Origin: Zygnema circumcarinatum SAG 698-1b
Taxonomy: Eukaryota; Plantae; Zygnematophyceae
Direction of reading: 5' to 3'
DNA length: 64,000 nucleotides
Assembly (NCBI GenBank): GCA_037447605.1
Contig: CM074812.1
Coordinates: forward strand, 558,001 to 622,000
In this document: positions 35,201 through 47,173 of the stretch, one piece after another
How the letters are laid out: every line of letters begins with the position of its first letter
Position numbering within the stretch: position 1 is the first letter of the stretch
The notes under the pieces: model-generated
Told to the model about the DNA's origin: nothing
The model's database searches: none
The model's input: the letters and a program-made list of their open reading frames with translations, nothing else
Program-made: the position numbers and the translations under genes

Positions 35201-38200
35201 CTACAGTTGCGCTCTGCATGACTTCCAGATGAATCTGAGTACTGCTCTAAACCCTAACCCTATCGCTACAAGCACTAAAAGCCCCAAAAGCATCACTACC
35301 ACTCTCCGGAGGGGCCTCCTTCCGCCGCTCTCCTTTCCAAGTTTCAAAACCGTTCTGGCCATTTCCTGCGCAGCATTTGGCGTTGCAGCCTTCTTTGCAT
35401 TTCTTCTCATTTCTTCCAGTTTTGCCTTGTCATCTGCTCCACCATTCAAAAAGTAAAACGACTTAAGGAAAATAGAAAATGGCATTCCTGGCCCAATTTT
35501 TGAGGAAATTTAACAATACGCACCTCTGGAAAACTCTAAAGCAGAAAAAGCTCTGACAACAATCATCCCTGCAGGCTGTGCCAACTGTGAATCCAAATAT
35601 AATGCAGATCAACAGTGGATCCAAATCAACCCTTGCTATGGATCAACAGTGGAACCAAATCAACCCTTGCTATGGATCAACTTTGCTATGGATCAACAGT
35701 GGATCCAAATCAACCCTTGCTATGCATCAACAGTGGATCCAAATCAACCCTTGCTATGGATCAACTTTGCTATGGATCAACAGTGGATCCAAATTAACCC
35801 TTGCTATTCATCAACAGTGGATCCAAATCAACCCTTGCTATGGATCAACTTTGCTATGGATCAACAGTGGATCCAAATCAACCCTTGCTATGCATCAACT
35901 GTGGATCCAAATCAACCCTTGCTATGGATCAACAGTGGATCCAAATCAACCCTTGCTATGCATCAATTGTGGATCCAAATAAACCCTTGCTATGGATCAA
36001 CTGTGGATCCAAACCAAGTGATGACTGCAGCCATGGTCAGAATGAAGACTCACAGAGTAGTTGGTTCACAGCTTCACAAAGAGATTCCCCCGAGAGGCAA
36101 TCTTCCAATAGCACCTCCGCCGCTCCGGCCGCCGCCATGGCTTCAGCGTTCTTCCTCTGATGATCCTCCGTCACATTCTTGGACGGAATCTGAAAGTACG
36201 GAAATAGACAAACACTGAGAAATTTGGACCCTTGGAACTCTCCTTCACTCCAATCTCTGATTTAAGTGTTTTTTTTTTTTCTGATTTAGTTGGGTTCTTT
36301 CGAAGCCATCCAAACATAGCATCATCTTAAGGAGGTTTCAAAGCTTCCTTCCGGCTGACCAGAATTGAGGGTCTCCCTGTGACAAGCAGCTCGCTGCATG
36401 TGATGGCGCCCGAGCGCGCGATGACGACATCAGCGGCGGCATACATCACATCCATGCGGTCAACATACCTGAACATGATGTGATGTCGGCCAGGAGCAAC
36501 ATCACTACAAAGGTTCAGGTTCAGGTTCAGGTTCAGGTTCAGGTCTGGTATAGGCCCAAGGCCTGGAAATAGCGATGAATTTGGTACATGGAATGGCTCC
36601 AACAAAAAGTTTGGAAATTTCAACAAAATTGAGATTTTCAAGCTTTTATGTTGAGTTATACAGTATCCCTGAACTCACTTTCAGTAAACTTTAAGAAAAA
36701 TTATAAGAAATTTGGCGAAGTTTTGGTATGGAGGTTGCATCTTACTTACGGCATTATGTGAAGGCGAGGATGAGGCGCTACTCGGCGCTTAAATTCTGCG
36801 TAGTATTGCCGACCTGTTTGCCAAAAAATGTGTCGCCGATCGCTTGGTTTTAAAAGCTCACACGCCGTTTCAGCAATGGCTTCATTGATGATTTTGGCTC
36901 CGAGAGAACCTCCAAGCACCACAATCACTTCGGCCTCCTCAGAAAGACCATTATTCCCTGTATTCCCAAAAACCCTGAAATCTTTAGCCTACGTTCTTCA
37001 GCTTCATTTACAAAGACCAAGATCTCTCTGAGCTCCCTAAACTCCCCCACCCTCTCTCCCCCCCTTCTCTATTTCACTCTCTCTCCCACACTCGCTACGC
37101 TCTCTCAACTACTCAAATCGCACATCACTTCAAGGCATAAGTGTGTGGGACTAAGGGAGAGGGGAAGAAGGGGTGCGGGAGAGTGAGAGAAGGGGAGAGA
37201 GTGGGAATGAGAGGAAGAGAAGAGAGAGAGAGAGAAAGAGAGAGGGGGAGAGAGAGAGATAGAGAGTGAGTGAGAGAGAGTGACTCGCCTTTTTCCACCT
37301 TCTCGGCAGAAATGCTCTCAGTTTCCGCGTGAGGGCCCTCCCTTACGTTATCCAGCCCTTCACTCCCAAAGGCTTCTGTACTGCCCTCGCTTGCTTCAGC
37401 CTCGAGCAACCACTTTAGAGCACACTCCTTACTCGAAAAATTCTGCAGCGCTTCCCTTGTAGGAATTCCTACATTCCTACATTTTCCCTTTGGAAAAAAT
37501 GTAGCAGCTTCATCAAACCCTAAAAATATCACACTTGCAAAACGCCCCAAAATTTGATTGGCCAATCCTGGGTAAGCGTTTGGCTCACAGAGTGCCACGG
37601 GGTATCCCCACAGCCATGACATGATGCATGCTGGAGCTGCCACGTAGCCACCTGTTCCTACTACCACATTAGGGTTAAAGCTTACAATAAGACGGAGGCT
37701 CACTAACAGAGCTGCTATGAGCTTAAATGGCAGAAATAGGTTTGAAACTGACACTATCGGTCGCCGCAAAGAAACAGCTTTTATGGGTGCTATGGTGTAG
37801 CCTGCAGCTGGAACAGCATTCCATTCCATTCTCTCCTTAGTTCCGGCAAAAAGAATGGAAGCCATGGAGTCAATGGAGCGGAGAGCATCTGCGATCGCGA
37901 TTGCTGGATAGACATGGCCTCCAGTTCCGCCTGCTGCAAACAGAATGTTGAGTCTTGAAACTTTTTTAGGGTTAGAAGTCCCTTCAAGGTTTTCAGTGCC
38001 ATTTGCATTAAGTTTCGCATGTGTATGTGGAAATCTTGAAAAGCGTGTTGGCTTTAAAGCCCTACTGGAATCTAACCCTGACCCTAACCCTAACCCTAAC
38101 CCCAACCCTAACCCTAACCCTAACCCAAACCCTAACCCTGACCCTAACCCTAACCCTAACCCTAATCTCGGAAGGAGGCGCTCCTTTGAAGGTTGACGTC

Positions 38201-38345
38201 TCAGGGAGCGGGAGGAGCTCAGACGCAAGGGAAAGGGGAATCCATGGCGGAGAGAGCTTTGGGATGAATGAGTGAAAGGAGGATGTTGCGAGAAGCCGCG
38301 GATCGAACTTGGATGAGGGTACGGAGAAAGAGCACCTTCTATCAT
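35201..38345 (-). CDS. MurG: Plastid MurG (UDP-GlcNAc:lipid I N-acetylglucosaminyl transferase, peptidoglycan synthesis)
   Basis: Exons 38345-37289, 36957-36750, 36468-36360, 36189-36054, 35433-35201 (~580 aa). Motifs: ILFAAGGTGGHVYPAIA, PNVVVGTGGYVAAP, EPNAYPGLANQIL, IVVLGGSLGAKIINE, IFWQTG, RMDVMYAAADVVIARSGAITCSEL, IPSKNVTEDHQRKNAEAM, AATPNAAQEMA. Intron 1 is modelled with a GC donor. Confidence 0.95.
35607..36015 (+). repeat. 34-bp minisatellite in MurG intron 4
   Basis: Unit GATCAACAGTGGATCCAAATCAACCCTTGCTATG, roughly 11 copies, with interspersed 16-bp partial units GATCAACTTTGCTATG. Confidence 0.9.
38074..38167 (-). repeat. (TTAGGG)n telomere-like hexamers in the MurG N-terminal extension
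   Basis: About 15 hexamers, translated as [10 protein letters not shown]... in the same ORF as the MurG domain. Confidence 0.9.
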
Positions 38346-38774
38346 TCTAAAAAAACTGGTCTTGGGATTGGTTGAATGTGATAAAGGGAGAGGGAGATGG
38401 GGAGAGAGAGAGAGGGAGAGGAAGCGGGATAGAGAGCGGCGATAGGGGAGCGTGGGAAGGGGGGGGCAGGCTCTTCCCTTTTTTTCCTTTCTTTTTATAA
38501 AGACGAGCCTGTTTTTGCTCGATTTAAATGCCGTTTCTGACGCAGTGTACTGAGCACGTGCTTGAACCTGTTTGTAAATTTGCTCTGCTCATATCTTGGA
38601 ACATAAAACGCAATGTGTGCAAGCATGTGATGTGATGTGATGATGGATGGGAGAGTCAGGGAGGTATGAATCTGAACACGGGTCTTTTTTCCAATAAGAA
38701 CTACATAGGTAGTCAAGCGGTCTTTTTTCCATTGAGAACTACATAGATAGTTGAAAGAGAGAGAGTTGAAGATG

Positions 38775-38854
38775 CTCAAGCATCTTCCAATGGCGGCTCG
38801 CCACGTGTGCAATTCTGTGTACGTGGCAAATCGCCATTGGAGGATATGCTTGAG
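38775..38854. other. ~80-bp imperfect palindrome carrying CCAAT and inverted ACGTGGC halves (dispersed family)
   Basis: CTCAAGCAT-CTTCCAATGGCG-GCTC-GCCACGT ... ACGTGGC-AAAT-CGCCATTGGAGG-AT-ATGCTTGAG. Relatives at 8938-8991 and half copies at ~41514-41555 and ~50873-50910. Confidence 0.7.
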
Positions 38855-39363
38855 TACAGCTCAAAATGGAGGAACGCCCCAAAGCAACATTAGGGCTTAC
38901 AAATGTCTCACTTTATGAGCGTGTTAAATTTCTTTTCAAGCCCAAAAACCCTAGAAAGCGCAAAATCTAGGATTCGCTAACAAGATAGTTTCATTCATTC
39001 ATTTTCATTAAAAAAAAAAAAAACCCCACCACAAAAAACACCTTCGATTACATTTCTTAGAAGCCCCTTCTGCAGGCCTTCACATGAGCAGGTCCTTCCG
39101 TGATTCAGTCATTTCTTCCGCTTAACCGAGGACAAAGAACCACCGTTAGAATCGCAGCCCCTGACGCTTAAAACCCACCTTCTAAAAAAACAATAAAGTC
39201 AACCTTCGTTGACGCCCCATCACCTAACTCAAAACCCTAAAAAGAAACCCTCAAAAAAGGGCCAAAAAAAAAAACCGACTTCCCGACTTACCACATCCTT
39301 CAACATTCTCAAACTTCTCCATTTTTCCTCATTTTTTTTTTCTTTTTTTCCTATAAATGTCTA

Positions 39364-40633
39364 CTACTCCTTCTTGCCCGCAAAGCGCTCCCCGATGTCG
39401 AGATCATCCGCCCTCCCCTTCCTCCCAAATGCCACCTCATCAAGGCTCTGTCCCGCCCGCCTGTACTTCCCCCCTGCCTGCACGAGGGAGGGGCAGGGCC
39501 GGTACGCTTTGATGGGCCACCACGAGAACAGGGAGATGGCCGCAAGGCCGCCCTGCTCACTCGTAAAAACAAAGAGAAAAGAAAAAAAAGAAGGATGAAG
39601 GGAGTGTCTAAGAGAGCAATTGGCTTGTGTATCCAGTAAATGGGTGCTTTTTATTGGGATATGTTTTAGGGTTTCAGATGAAGAAACAGTCGTCGAAAAG
39701 GGATACGCCGCAACTCCATGACTAACTAAGTAACTATGCTGGAGGGGAGGGGAGGGAGGGAGNNNNNNNNNNGGAGGGAGGTAGGGAGGGAGGGAGGGAG
39801 GGAGGGACCCAACAACCCAAAAACTGAACATCCCAAGACTCTGTGAAGTAAAGTAACCATTACAGTTTTTTTTTTTTTTCCTTGTAGGAGGGGTGGGGGG
39901 TTGGATGAAGTACAGAAATGCAATAAATACATAGAATGAAATTTATCCAATGCAGAAAATTTTAGGGTTTCTTAGAGTTTTTAGGATTTTACCTGAATCC
40001 TCCCCTCTCCGTCGCAGCCTCCCTGCACGCTCTCCCTCCCGCACGCCGAGCAGCCGCCAGCTGGCACCGCCTTCACAGACTCTGTGAAGGCACCACGTGT
40101 CCACACACAGAGAGAAAAGCAGGGTTTAGGGTTTTGGATCAGAGGGAAGTCAGTCGTCTGAATATGAGCAAAATTAGGGTTTTGAATATCCTGGTAACGT
40201 TTCACTACAGGACAAAAACCCAAACCCTGAAAAACCCCAAAAAACACAAAAAACAAACCTAAACCCTCAACCCCAAAAAATTCTAAGCCCCCAAAACCAC
40301 TAAATCCCAACACACCAAGAACACGCAAATTCTCAAAACCCTAAAACCTTAAACCCAAAACCCTAACCCCTAAACCCTAAGCCCTAAACCCGACGCTCGC
40401 TCACCTTTCTCCTCCACGGAAGCCGAAGCCTCCTCTCCCGCCGCCATGGCCCTCCATGGAATCCTTCCCCGTGCAGACCTGCTCTCCCCCCTGCCCCCGT
40501 TCACACTGGACTCGGTTCCGTTGCTCGGACCTGACCCCGAAATGCGAACCCTGTTCACACCAGCGCGGCTCGGCAGGGGGGCGGAGAGGGAGAGGAGGGG
40601 GGCGGGGGAGGAGGAGAGCAGAGCGACCGCCAT
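39364..40633 (-). CDS. Small plastid-targeted Cys-rich protein (DnaJ-type zinc-finger-like motifs)
   Basis: Exons 40633-40405, 40081-39993, 39552-39364 (~168 aa). Transit-like N-terminus, then CSACG..CDGEGRIQGG...WWPIKAYRPCP...GGKYRRAGQSLDEVAFG, a motif I recognise from conserved green-lineage uncharacterised proteins. Confidence 0.8.
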
Positions 40634-41599
40634 GGCTGGGGCTTCAGAGAGCTGGAGTTTAGGGTTTAGGTTTAGGGTTTCGACAGTGAAGAAAGCTAAA
40701 GGGTTTATGGTCATCCTGTCGCGTACGGAAATACTACGGAACCCTGGTAGGCTTCCGTACTATTTCCGTACGCTCGCCGATCGGCGGTACAGTACGGTCA
40801 TCTGGATCGTCCGTACATGTAAGTGATACTTCTCACATACGGGGAAGCTATTTACACACCTTTATTGGCTAGATACACACCTTTTCCAACGGTAAGTTTT
40901 TAGGGTTTTTATTAAACCAAAAAGGTGTGTCTAGCAAAAAAAGTGTCTAAATAGTAAATTCCTATCAACATTCTCAACATTTCCTTTCAACATCGCAGAT
41001 ATCTCCATATCGTCCATTTTCTCAATATCGCCAATATTCTTAAAATTGTCATGGCATCATATTAACAATATCAATATATCGTCCATATCGTTAATATCGC
41101 CATAGTCGAACTTGCGTTCTCCCGAGGAGCAAGAGCCAACAGTCGCGTTCACACTCCAAAGCGGGCGGACAACGACGGCAGATTCGTTCGTATGGAAGTT
41201 GGTCCTGTCCCGGCCTGCGCCATGGGATGATGTGCGCCCACGCTTGCGGGGGCATGCGCGCATGGGCGCGCGTAGTTGAGTTGTGGGACAATGCCGTGCA
41301 ATGTGCGAGTGCCATGTGCTAGAGCTTGTTAAACCACCGTGGGTCCACATGTCCTGCCTGGCACATTGCGTTTGTGTTTGAGCCAGCCATTGGCAACCGA
41401 GTACGCGATTCATGGCCTATGAGAGTCAATACGAACTTGCACTTTGGGCCGCCATCCATTGCGAAGTACTGTTGAGAATCTGAGAGAATCCTCCATTTAC
41501 TCGATTTTGTATACGTGGCGAATTGCCAATGGAGAATGCCCGACAACAGCTCACAACGGAGACAGGCCGTTGAACTTGCCTTCGCTCGACTCACACACT

Positions 41600-41706
41600 G
41601 TACAATGTTCCGTGCCATACATGTTTGTACAGTAGTCTCATGGACGGCACGGGTACTTGTACTGCAGCCATGATCGTACAGTTCGTACATGTTGTACAGG
41701 CCGTAC
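41600..41706 (+). promoter_or_regulatory. GTAC cluster (8 copies) upstream of FRO copy 1
   Basis: GTAC at 41600, 41627, 41653, 41659, 41676, 41685, 41694 and 41703, about 630-730 bp upstream of the ATG. Confidence 0.5.
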
Positions 41707-42333
41707 GGAATTTACCTCTCCGGGCACGCGCCAAAAGAGGATCGCACGCACACTCACGCATGTCCCGCACACTCGCACGTGCGCGAGGCTCGCGGCCAAT
41801 GTCAAGTTACCACGTGCGCATGGCGGCTCGTTCCGTGCGCTCAGCGGCCACGTGGCCAGTTCTTAGGATCTATGAAGCCGAAATTGTAGCCAATAGCCAG
41901 ATGCCACGTCATATATATAGATACGGATGCGACGTACTTGTGACATCGTCACGAGCCATTTTGAGCAAGTCGAATCGTTTCACTCAAAAGAGGCCGAGGC
42001 TCAACATTGCTCACTCTCACCAAACATGACTCACCCTGTTACCGAACAACGCAAAATGTCAACTCAGGTTCACTCAATCCACCCATGCAAACTTGACTCG
42101 CCACATATCAATCCTCAAATTAACTCAACGTGCCATATTTCCAAATGTCGGTGTCGACATTTGTTGCTGCTAGCTCCGGCGGGCGGCGGACGGCTTCAAA
42201 AGGGAGGGAGGCGCCGCCCTTTCAAGCAGAGCCTCCCTCCCTCCCTCCCTCCCTTCCTCCCTCCCTCCCTCCCTCCCGCCCTCCCTCGGCCTCAGTAAGA
42301 GAGGCTTCCTGCTTTCGGTCCGCCATTTCAGCC

Positions 42334-45300
42334 ATGGCTACAGGGGAGGAGAGACCCCGCGCTTCCTTCTTAACAGTGGGGTGAGTGAGTGCGTGCATGC
42401 GTGTGTGGGGGAGGGGGGTCTGCTTCCTTCCTTCTTCTGCTGCTGCTGCTGCTGCTGGGCATGCTGGGGCTGCTCAGCATTGTGACGCGTGGCAGAGTGA
42501 CACTGCTTCTCCCCAGTGTGAGTAGCACAGTCAGTAGAAGGGAGAAATTTTGATCTAACGGTTCAAAGGGGGCGAGGAGGGGGGGGGGCGCAGATGGGCG
42601 TACGCGCTGCTGGCCACAATGTGGGGCGCGTGGCTTCTTTGGATCGCCGAAATGTGGGGCCCACATACATGCCTTGATATCCTTCACTTGCAGGGAAGCT
42701 GGAGATATCGCAGCCTTAGTTTAACATTTGAAAGTGAATGAATTGCAGGTATTTCAAGCCGTTGTCTTGGTGGGGGGACTGGCCCAAGAAGATTGGTCGA
42801 TCGGAATATCTCGACAGAACAGGTAGAGCCCCCACCTCTTTCCCTATCCTCTCCCTCTCTCTCTCTCTTTCGCTCTCTTTCTCTCTCTCGCGCCGCCCCC
42901 TCTCTCTCGCTTTCTCCCTCGCCCTCACCCCACCCCCTTCCCCCAACCCCTCGCTTCTCCATACTCTACTAAAGCCGCTTCCTGTTTGCTGCAGACGGCT
43001 ACTGGGTGTTCATGATTGTTCCCCAGCTTCTGGTCACAGTGTTGGCGTATCTCTACCTCAAGATCGACCGCCGCCAATTCCCCAACAGGTCTGCAACTCT
43101 CTTATCGATCGCTATGCCACGTGTCCCCCATGCATGTATGCATGCATGCTCCACCATGCGCTGTGCTTCAATGGACCCATAGACACAGTCCGATTGATTG
43201 ATTGATTATTTGAATGATTGAATGCCGAGCCCCAATCTGACCAACGCCGCCGCCGCGTGCCACGTGGCAGGAGCCTCCCGGGCGGCAAGGCCCCCGCGCG
43301 GTGGGCGCGGACCGTCGTTGTGGCGCAGCGCTCTTTGGGAGTGCTCTCACTCAGCGAACTCTTCTGGATCGCTGTCACAGTCGCCCTCCTCGCATGGTAC
43401 ATCGGCCGCACTACATGGAAAGGCTGGCGCGTATTGGAGGCACGGCTGGCGCGTTCAGCTCACATGCAAGGGGCGGTGCATGTGTCCTTCAACATGTGCG
43501 TCTATCCACGCCTACTCCCCAGCGCTCTCTCGCGCGTTGGGAGGGAGGGAGGGAGGGAGAGAGGGGGAGGGGACGGAGGGAAGGGAGGGAGGGCGGGAGG
43601 ACCAGAAACGGAAATCTTTAATTGGTGAATGATCACGTATATCGTTGTTAGAGCGGGGCGCGCAGGTGGCAGAAGAAGGTGGACAAGCTTTTCCAGAACG
43701 TGGGATGGGGGTCGAGGATCCTTCTCTTTGTCATGTTCTTCCCGGTCAGTCGGAGCTCCCCTCTGCTGCGCGCCACTGGAATTCCGTACGAGAAGGCGCT
43801 AACGTACCACCGCTGGATGGCACACGGCATGCTCTTTCTGGGGACCGTCCATGGCGTGGGATACTGCATTCTGTGGCTACTCGAGGGGAAGTTCGATGAG
43901 AACGTGAGATTATCAAAGCCACCTTCTTACGTTTTGGGTTGCTATCCTTTCTTCATTGTCTGAAAGGATTTTGGCCCTATGATTCTTTGAAGTTGGTTCT
44001 TGTGCTTTGCATTGTGGTCTCACGTCGAGTCTAGTATTCAAGACATCATTGTTGTCTTTTGCATTATCGTATCAGATTGTTTGGCGTGACTAAGGATGAC
44101 TAACCATGTTGGTTTCTATTGCGGATGGGTTTGGCAGGTGTCGCTGTGGCAGGAGCACGACATCAACTATTTGGCTGGCGAGATTTGTCTCATCTCAGGA
44201 CTCGTGATTTGGGTCACATCCATCGGGCCCGTTCGCCGCCGAATGTTTGAATTCTTCGTCAGAACTCATCAGGTGCAAGGCAACCATCACCTGTGAGCAG
44301 TGTATAGAAGTTGCATGCTATAAGTAGCACGGTATTCACTGATGCCCGTTGCAATGTGCTATCGTGATTTTTGCAGATTGTCTATCTCATCTTCATAGTC
44401 TTCTTCATGATGCACGTTTACGACAAGTGGATTCACGTGATGTTCCCTTCGATCCTACTGTATGGCATCGACCGCATTCTGCGTATAGCACAGGGCATGC
44501 ATCTCGTGCAGGCGCAGTGTGTTGCCATTCTCAAGGATGGCAGCGTTGAGCTTACTTTGCCCATAGCCGAAGGTTTGTCAAACTCTTGCTCACCCCCCAA
44601 TCTCACTCTCTCGTTCCCACTCTCTCCTTCTCTTTCTCTCTTTCTCTCTCTGCCTCTCTCCCTCTCTCCCTCTCTCCCGCTCTCCCTCTCTCCCTCTCTC
44701 CCTCTCTCCCTCTCTCCCTCTCTCCCTCTCTCCCTCTCTTCCTCGCTCCTTCTCCCTCTCTCCCTCTCTCCCTCGCTCCCTCTCTCCCTCTCTCCCTCTC
44801 TCCCTCTCCCCCTCTCTCCCTCTCTCCCTCTCTCCCTCTCTCCCTCTCTCCCTCTCTCCCTCTCTCCCTCTCTTCCTCGCTCCTTCTCTCCCTCTCTCCC
44901 TCTCTCCCTCTCTCCCTCGCTCCCTCTCTCCTTCTCTCCCTCTCTCCCTCTCTCCCTCTCTCCCTCTCTCCCTCTCTCCCTCTCCCTCTCTCCCTCTCTC
45001 CCTCTCTCCTCTCTCCCTCTCTCCCTCTCTCCCTCTCTCCCTCTCACCCTCTCTCTCTCTCCCTCTTTCCCTCTCTCCCTCTCTCCCTCTCTCCCTCTCC
45101 CTCCTCTCCCTCTCTCCCTCTCTCCCTCTCCCTCCTCTCTCCCTCTCTCCCTCTCTCCCTCTCTCCCCCTCTCCCCCTCTCCCCCTCTCCCCCTCTCCCT
45201 CTCCCCTTTCCCTCTCTCCCTCTCCCCCTCCCCCTCCCCCTCCTCCGCCCCCTCCCCCTCCCATTGCCAATCCCTCTCTCTCCCGCGGGTCGCAGACGTG

Positions 45301-47173
45301 GCGTACAAGGCCCTAGACTCGGTGTTCGTGAACGTGCCCCTCCTCTCGCAGGCGCAGTGGCACCCCTTCAGCGTCTGCTCGAGTCCGCTCGACGGCCGCC
45401 GCAGCCTCCGCCTCGTGGTCAGGCCCTCGGGCCATTGGTCCTGCGCGCTGCGCCGCCTGGCGGCCGCCAAAGAGCCCCTCCTGCTCCGCGTCGAGGGGCC
45501 GTACGGCCAAGAACAGGACTACTTTGCAAAGTGCGTAAGAATAGTACGGATCTTGTTCTTGTCGTTGTTTTTTCTTTGAGAATGAAGATGGGTATTGACC
45601 AGATGTTAAGGAAGAGGGGATTGACGAAGGAGGAGGCTCCGTTTGTGCAGGTACGACTCGCTCGTTTTGATCGCCGGCGGCAGCGGAATCTCCCCGTTGA
45701 TGTCTTTGTTGCGGGACTTGCTTCACCGATGTCACAACAGGCAGCAGAGGTTGATTTCTATCCAATTTGTGACTTTTTAGGGTTCAGTTGTGATACGCTA
45801 TGTATTATCTGCAGTGTTTCTTACTCATCACTCCATTCTTGGCGGCTCCATTGCAGGTTGCCTTCCAGCATCACTCTCGTGTGGTCCGTGAAGACCTCCT
45901 CCTCGCTGCACCTTTTGGAGGGTATCCAGGCGGCCTCCATCTGTCCGGACTACGACCAATTCGTGAACGTCAACATCGATCTCTATGTGACTGAAGAGGC
46001 CTCCGCCGGCGAAGAGCAGGACAAGCCCCTCCTGGAAATGACTCGACAGACATGGAAACCCATGTACCCCATGGTTCCCCAAGTCGCCGCAGGTGCCTTT
46101 TTTCTTGTCAACATTGAGAAAGCAAATCTCGTTGAGAATAAGGACCTTGGCCTGTCCTTGCATGTCTTCTACAGCTTAATCTGAGGCTTCTAATCTAATC
46201 TAATCTAATTTAATCTTAATCTTTGAATAATATAAACTGGTTGTGATTCCATGTCTGTGTGCAGGCCGAGACCTCGCATCACTTCTCGTATACATGTTTA
46301 TTGGTGGGGGCACATTGTTTTCTATCGTCATGTTCTCCCGGTTCCTCGTGGTTCCTCTTAATGGGCAGTCGTTCGCAGTCATCCCCTTGTGGGTGCGCAG
46401 CCTCATATACATTGCCGCCTTCTTGCTTGGCCTCTTCGTCCTCGCGGGAATAGCGGTGGGGGGGTGGTACCTTATTCGACCCCTACTTCTTCTTCGTCGT
46501 GATACTTCCGATGTGAGCATCTTCACTAACCTTTAAGTAAGGCTTGAACATTAGAAACAATCTTAGAAACACGTGAGCTATCTCTTGACACGCTATTTCT
46601 TGGTCGCAGTATTTCGCAATCACTGAATGCTATCTCATGAGTATAAGCATGTGCAGAATGTCAAACTCGGAGAGGCTACTACGGAGCTGATTGAGCGGGA
46701 GTCTTCGATTCCCAAGGGGGAAACCCTCTCATTTTTGCAGCAGCCAAGCATCACTTACGGCTCTCGCCCCAACATTGCCGGTATGCGTTGCTTGGCGACA
46801 ACAACGAAAAGCAATCTAGACACATATAACGACATCCTCACTTCACGATTTGCCCCACCATGGACCCGAACTAATAGTGCTACTCTGAGAGCTTTGTTAA
46901 GGGTTGTAGGATTCTTGATTCATTAGAAGCTCATTGAAATGTTTTGCACATGCCCATGCCAATGCCCCATGGTGTGATCTTGCAGACGTGCTCTCCAAAG
47001 TTATGGAGAATTCCATGGTGCGGGATGTCGGCGTGCTGGTGTGCGGGCCGTACGGAATGGAGGTCGACGTGGCGGAGCAGTGCAGGCGGCGCAGCGCCGG
47101 ACCGCTCTCCCTCCCCTTCTCGTGCGGGAAGCGGCCCGTCCTCAACTTCCACAGCCTCTCCTTCACTATGTGA
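42334..47173 (+). CDS. FRO: Ferric/cupric reduction oxidase (FRO family), copy 1
   Basis: 13 exons: 42334-42380, 42749-42822, 42995-43088, 43271-43495, 43666-43903, 44138-44272, 44377-44572, 45296-45530, 45651-45749, 45857-46092, 46265-46512, 46657-46780, 46986-47173 (~712 aa). Motifs: FFPVSRSS..L...[13 protein letters not shown] (heme His), [31 protein letters not shown] (FAD), [20 protein letters not shown] (NADPH), [16 protein letters not shown]. Confidence 0.95.

Noticed and set aside
35201-38345. Bacterial contamination or recent HGT for MurG
   Set aside because: It has spliceosomal introns, a transit-peptide-like N-terminus and the same repeat landscape as its neighbours, consistent with an endosymbiont-derived nuclear gene.
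40843-40962. Degenerate ~120-bp inverted repeat (CTATTTA.ACAC...GTGTCTAAATAG)
   Set aside because: Possibly an old MITE, but the arms are mismatched and there is no TSD.
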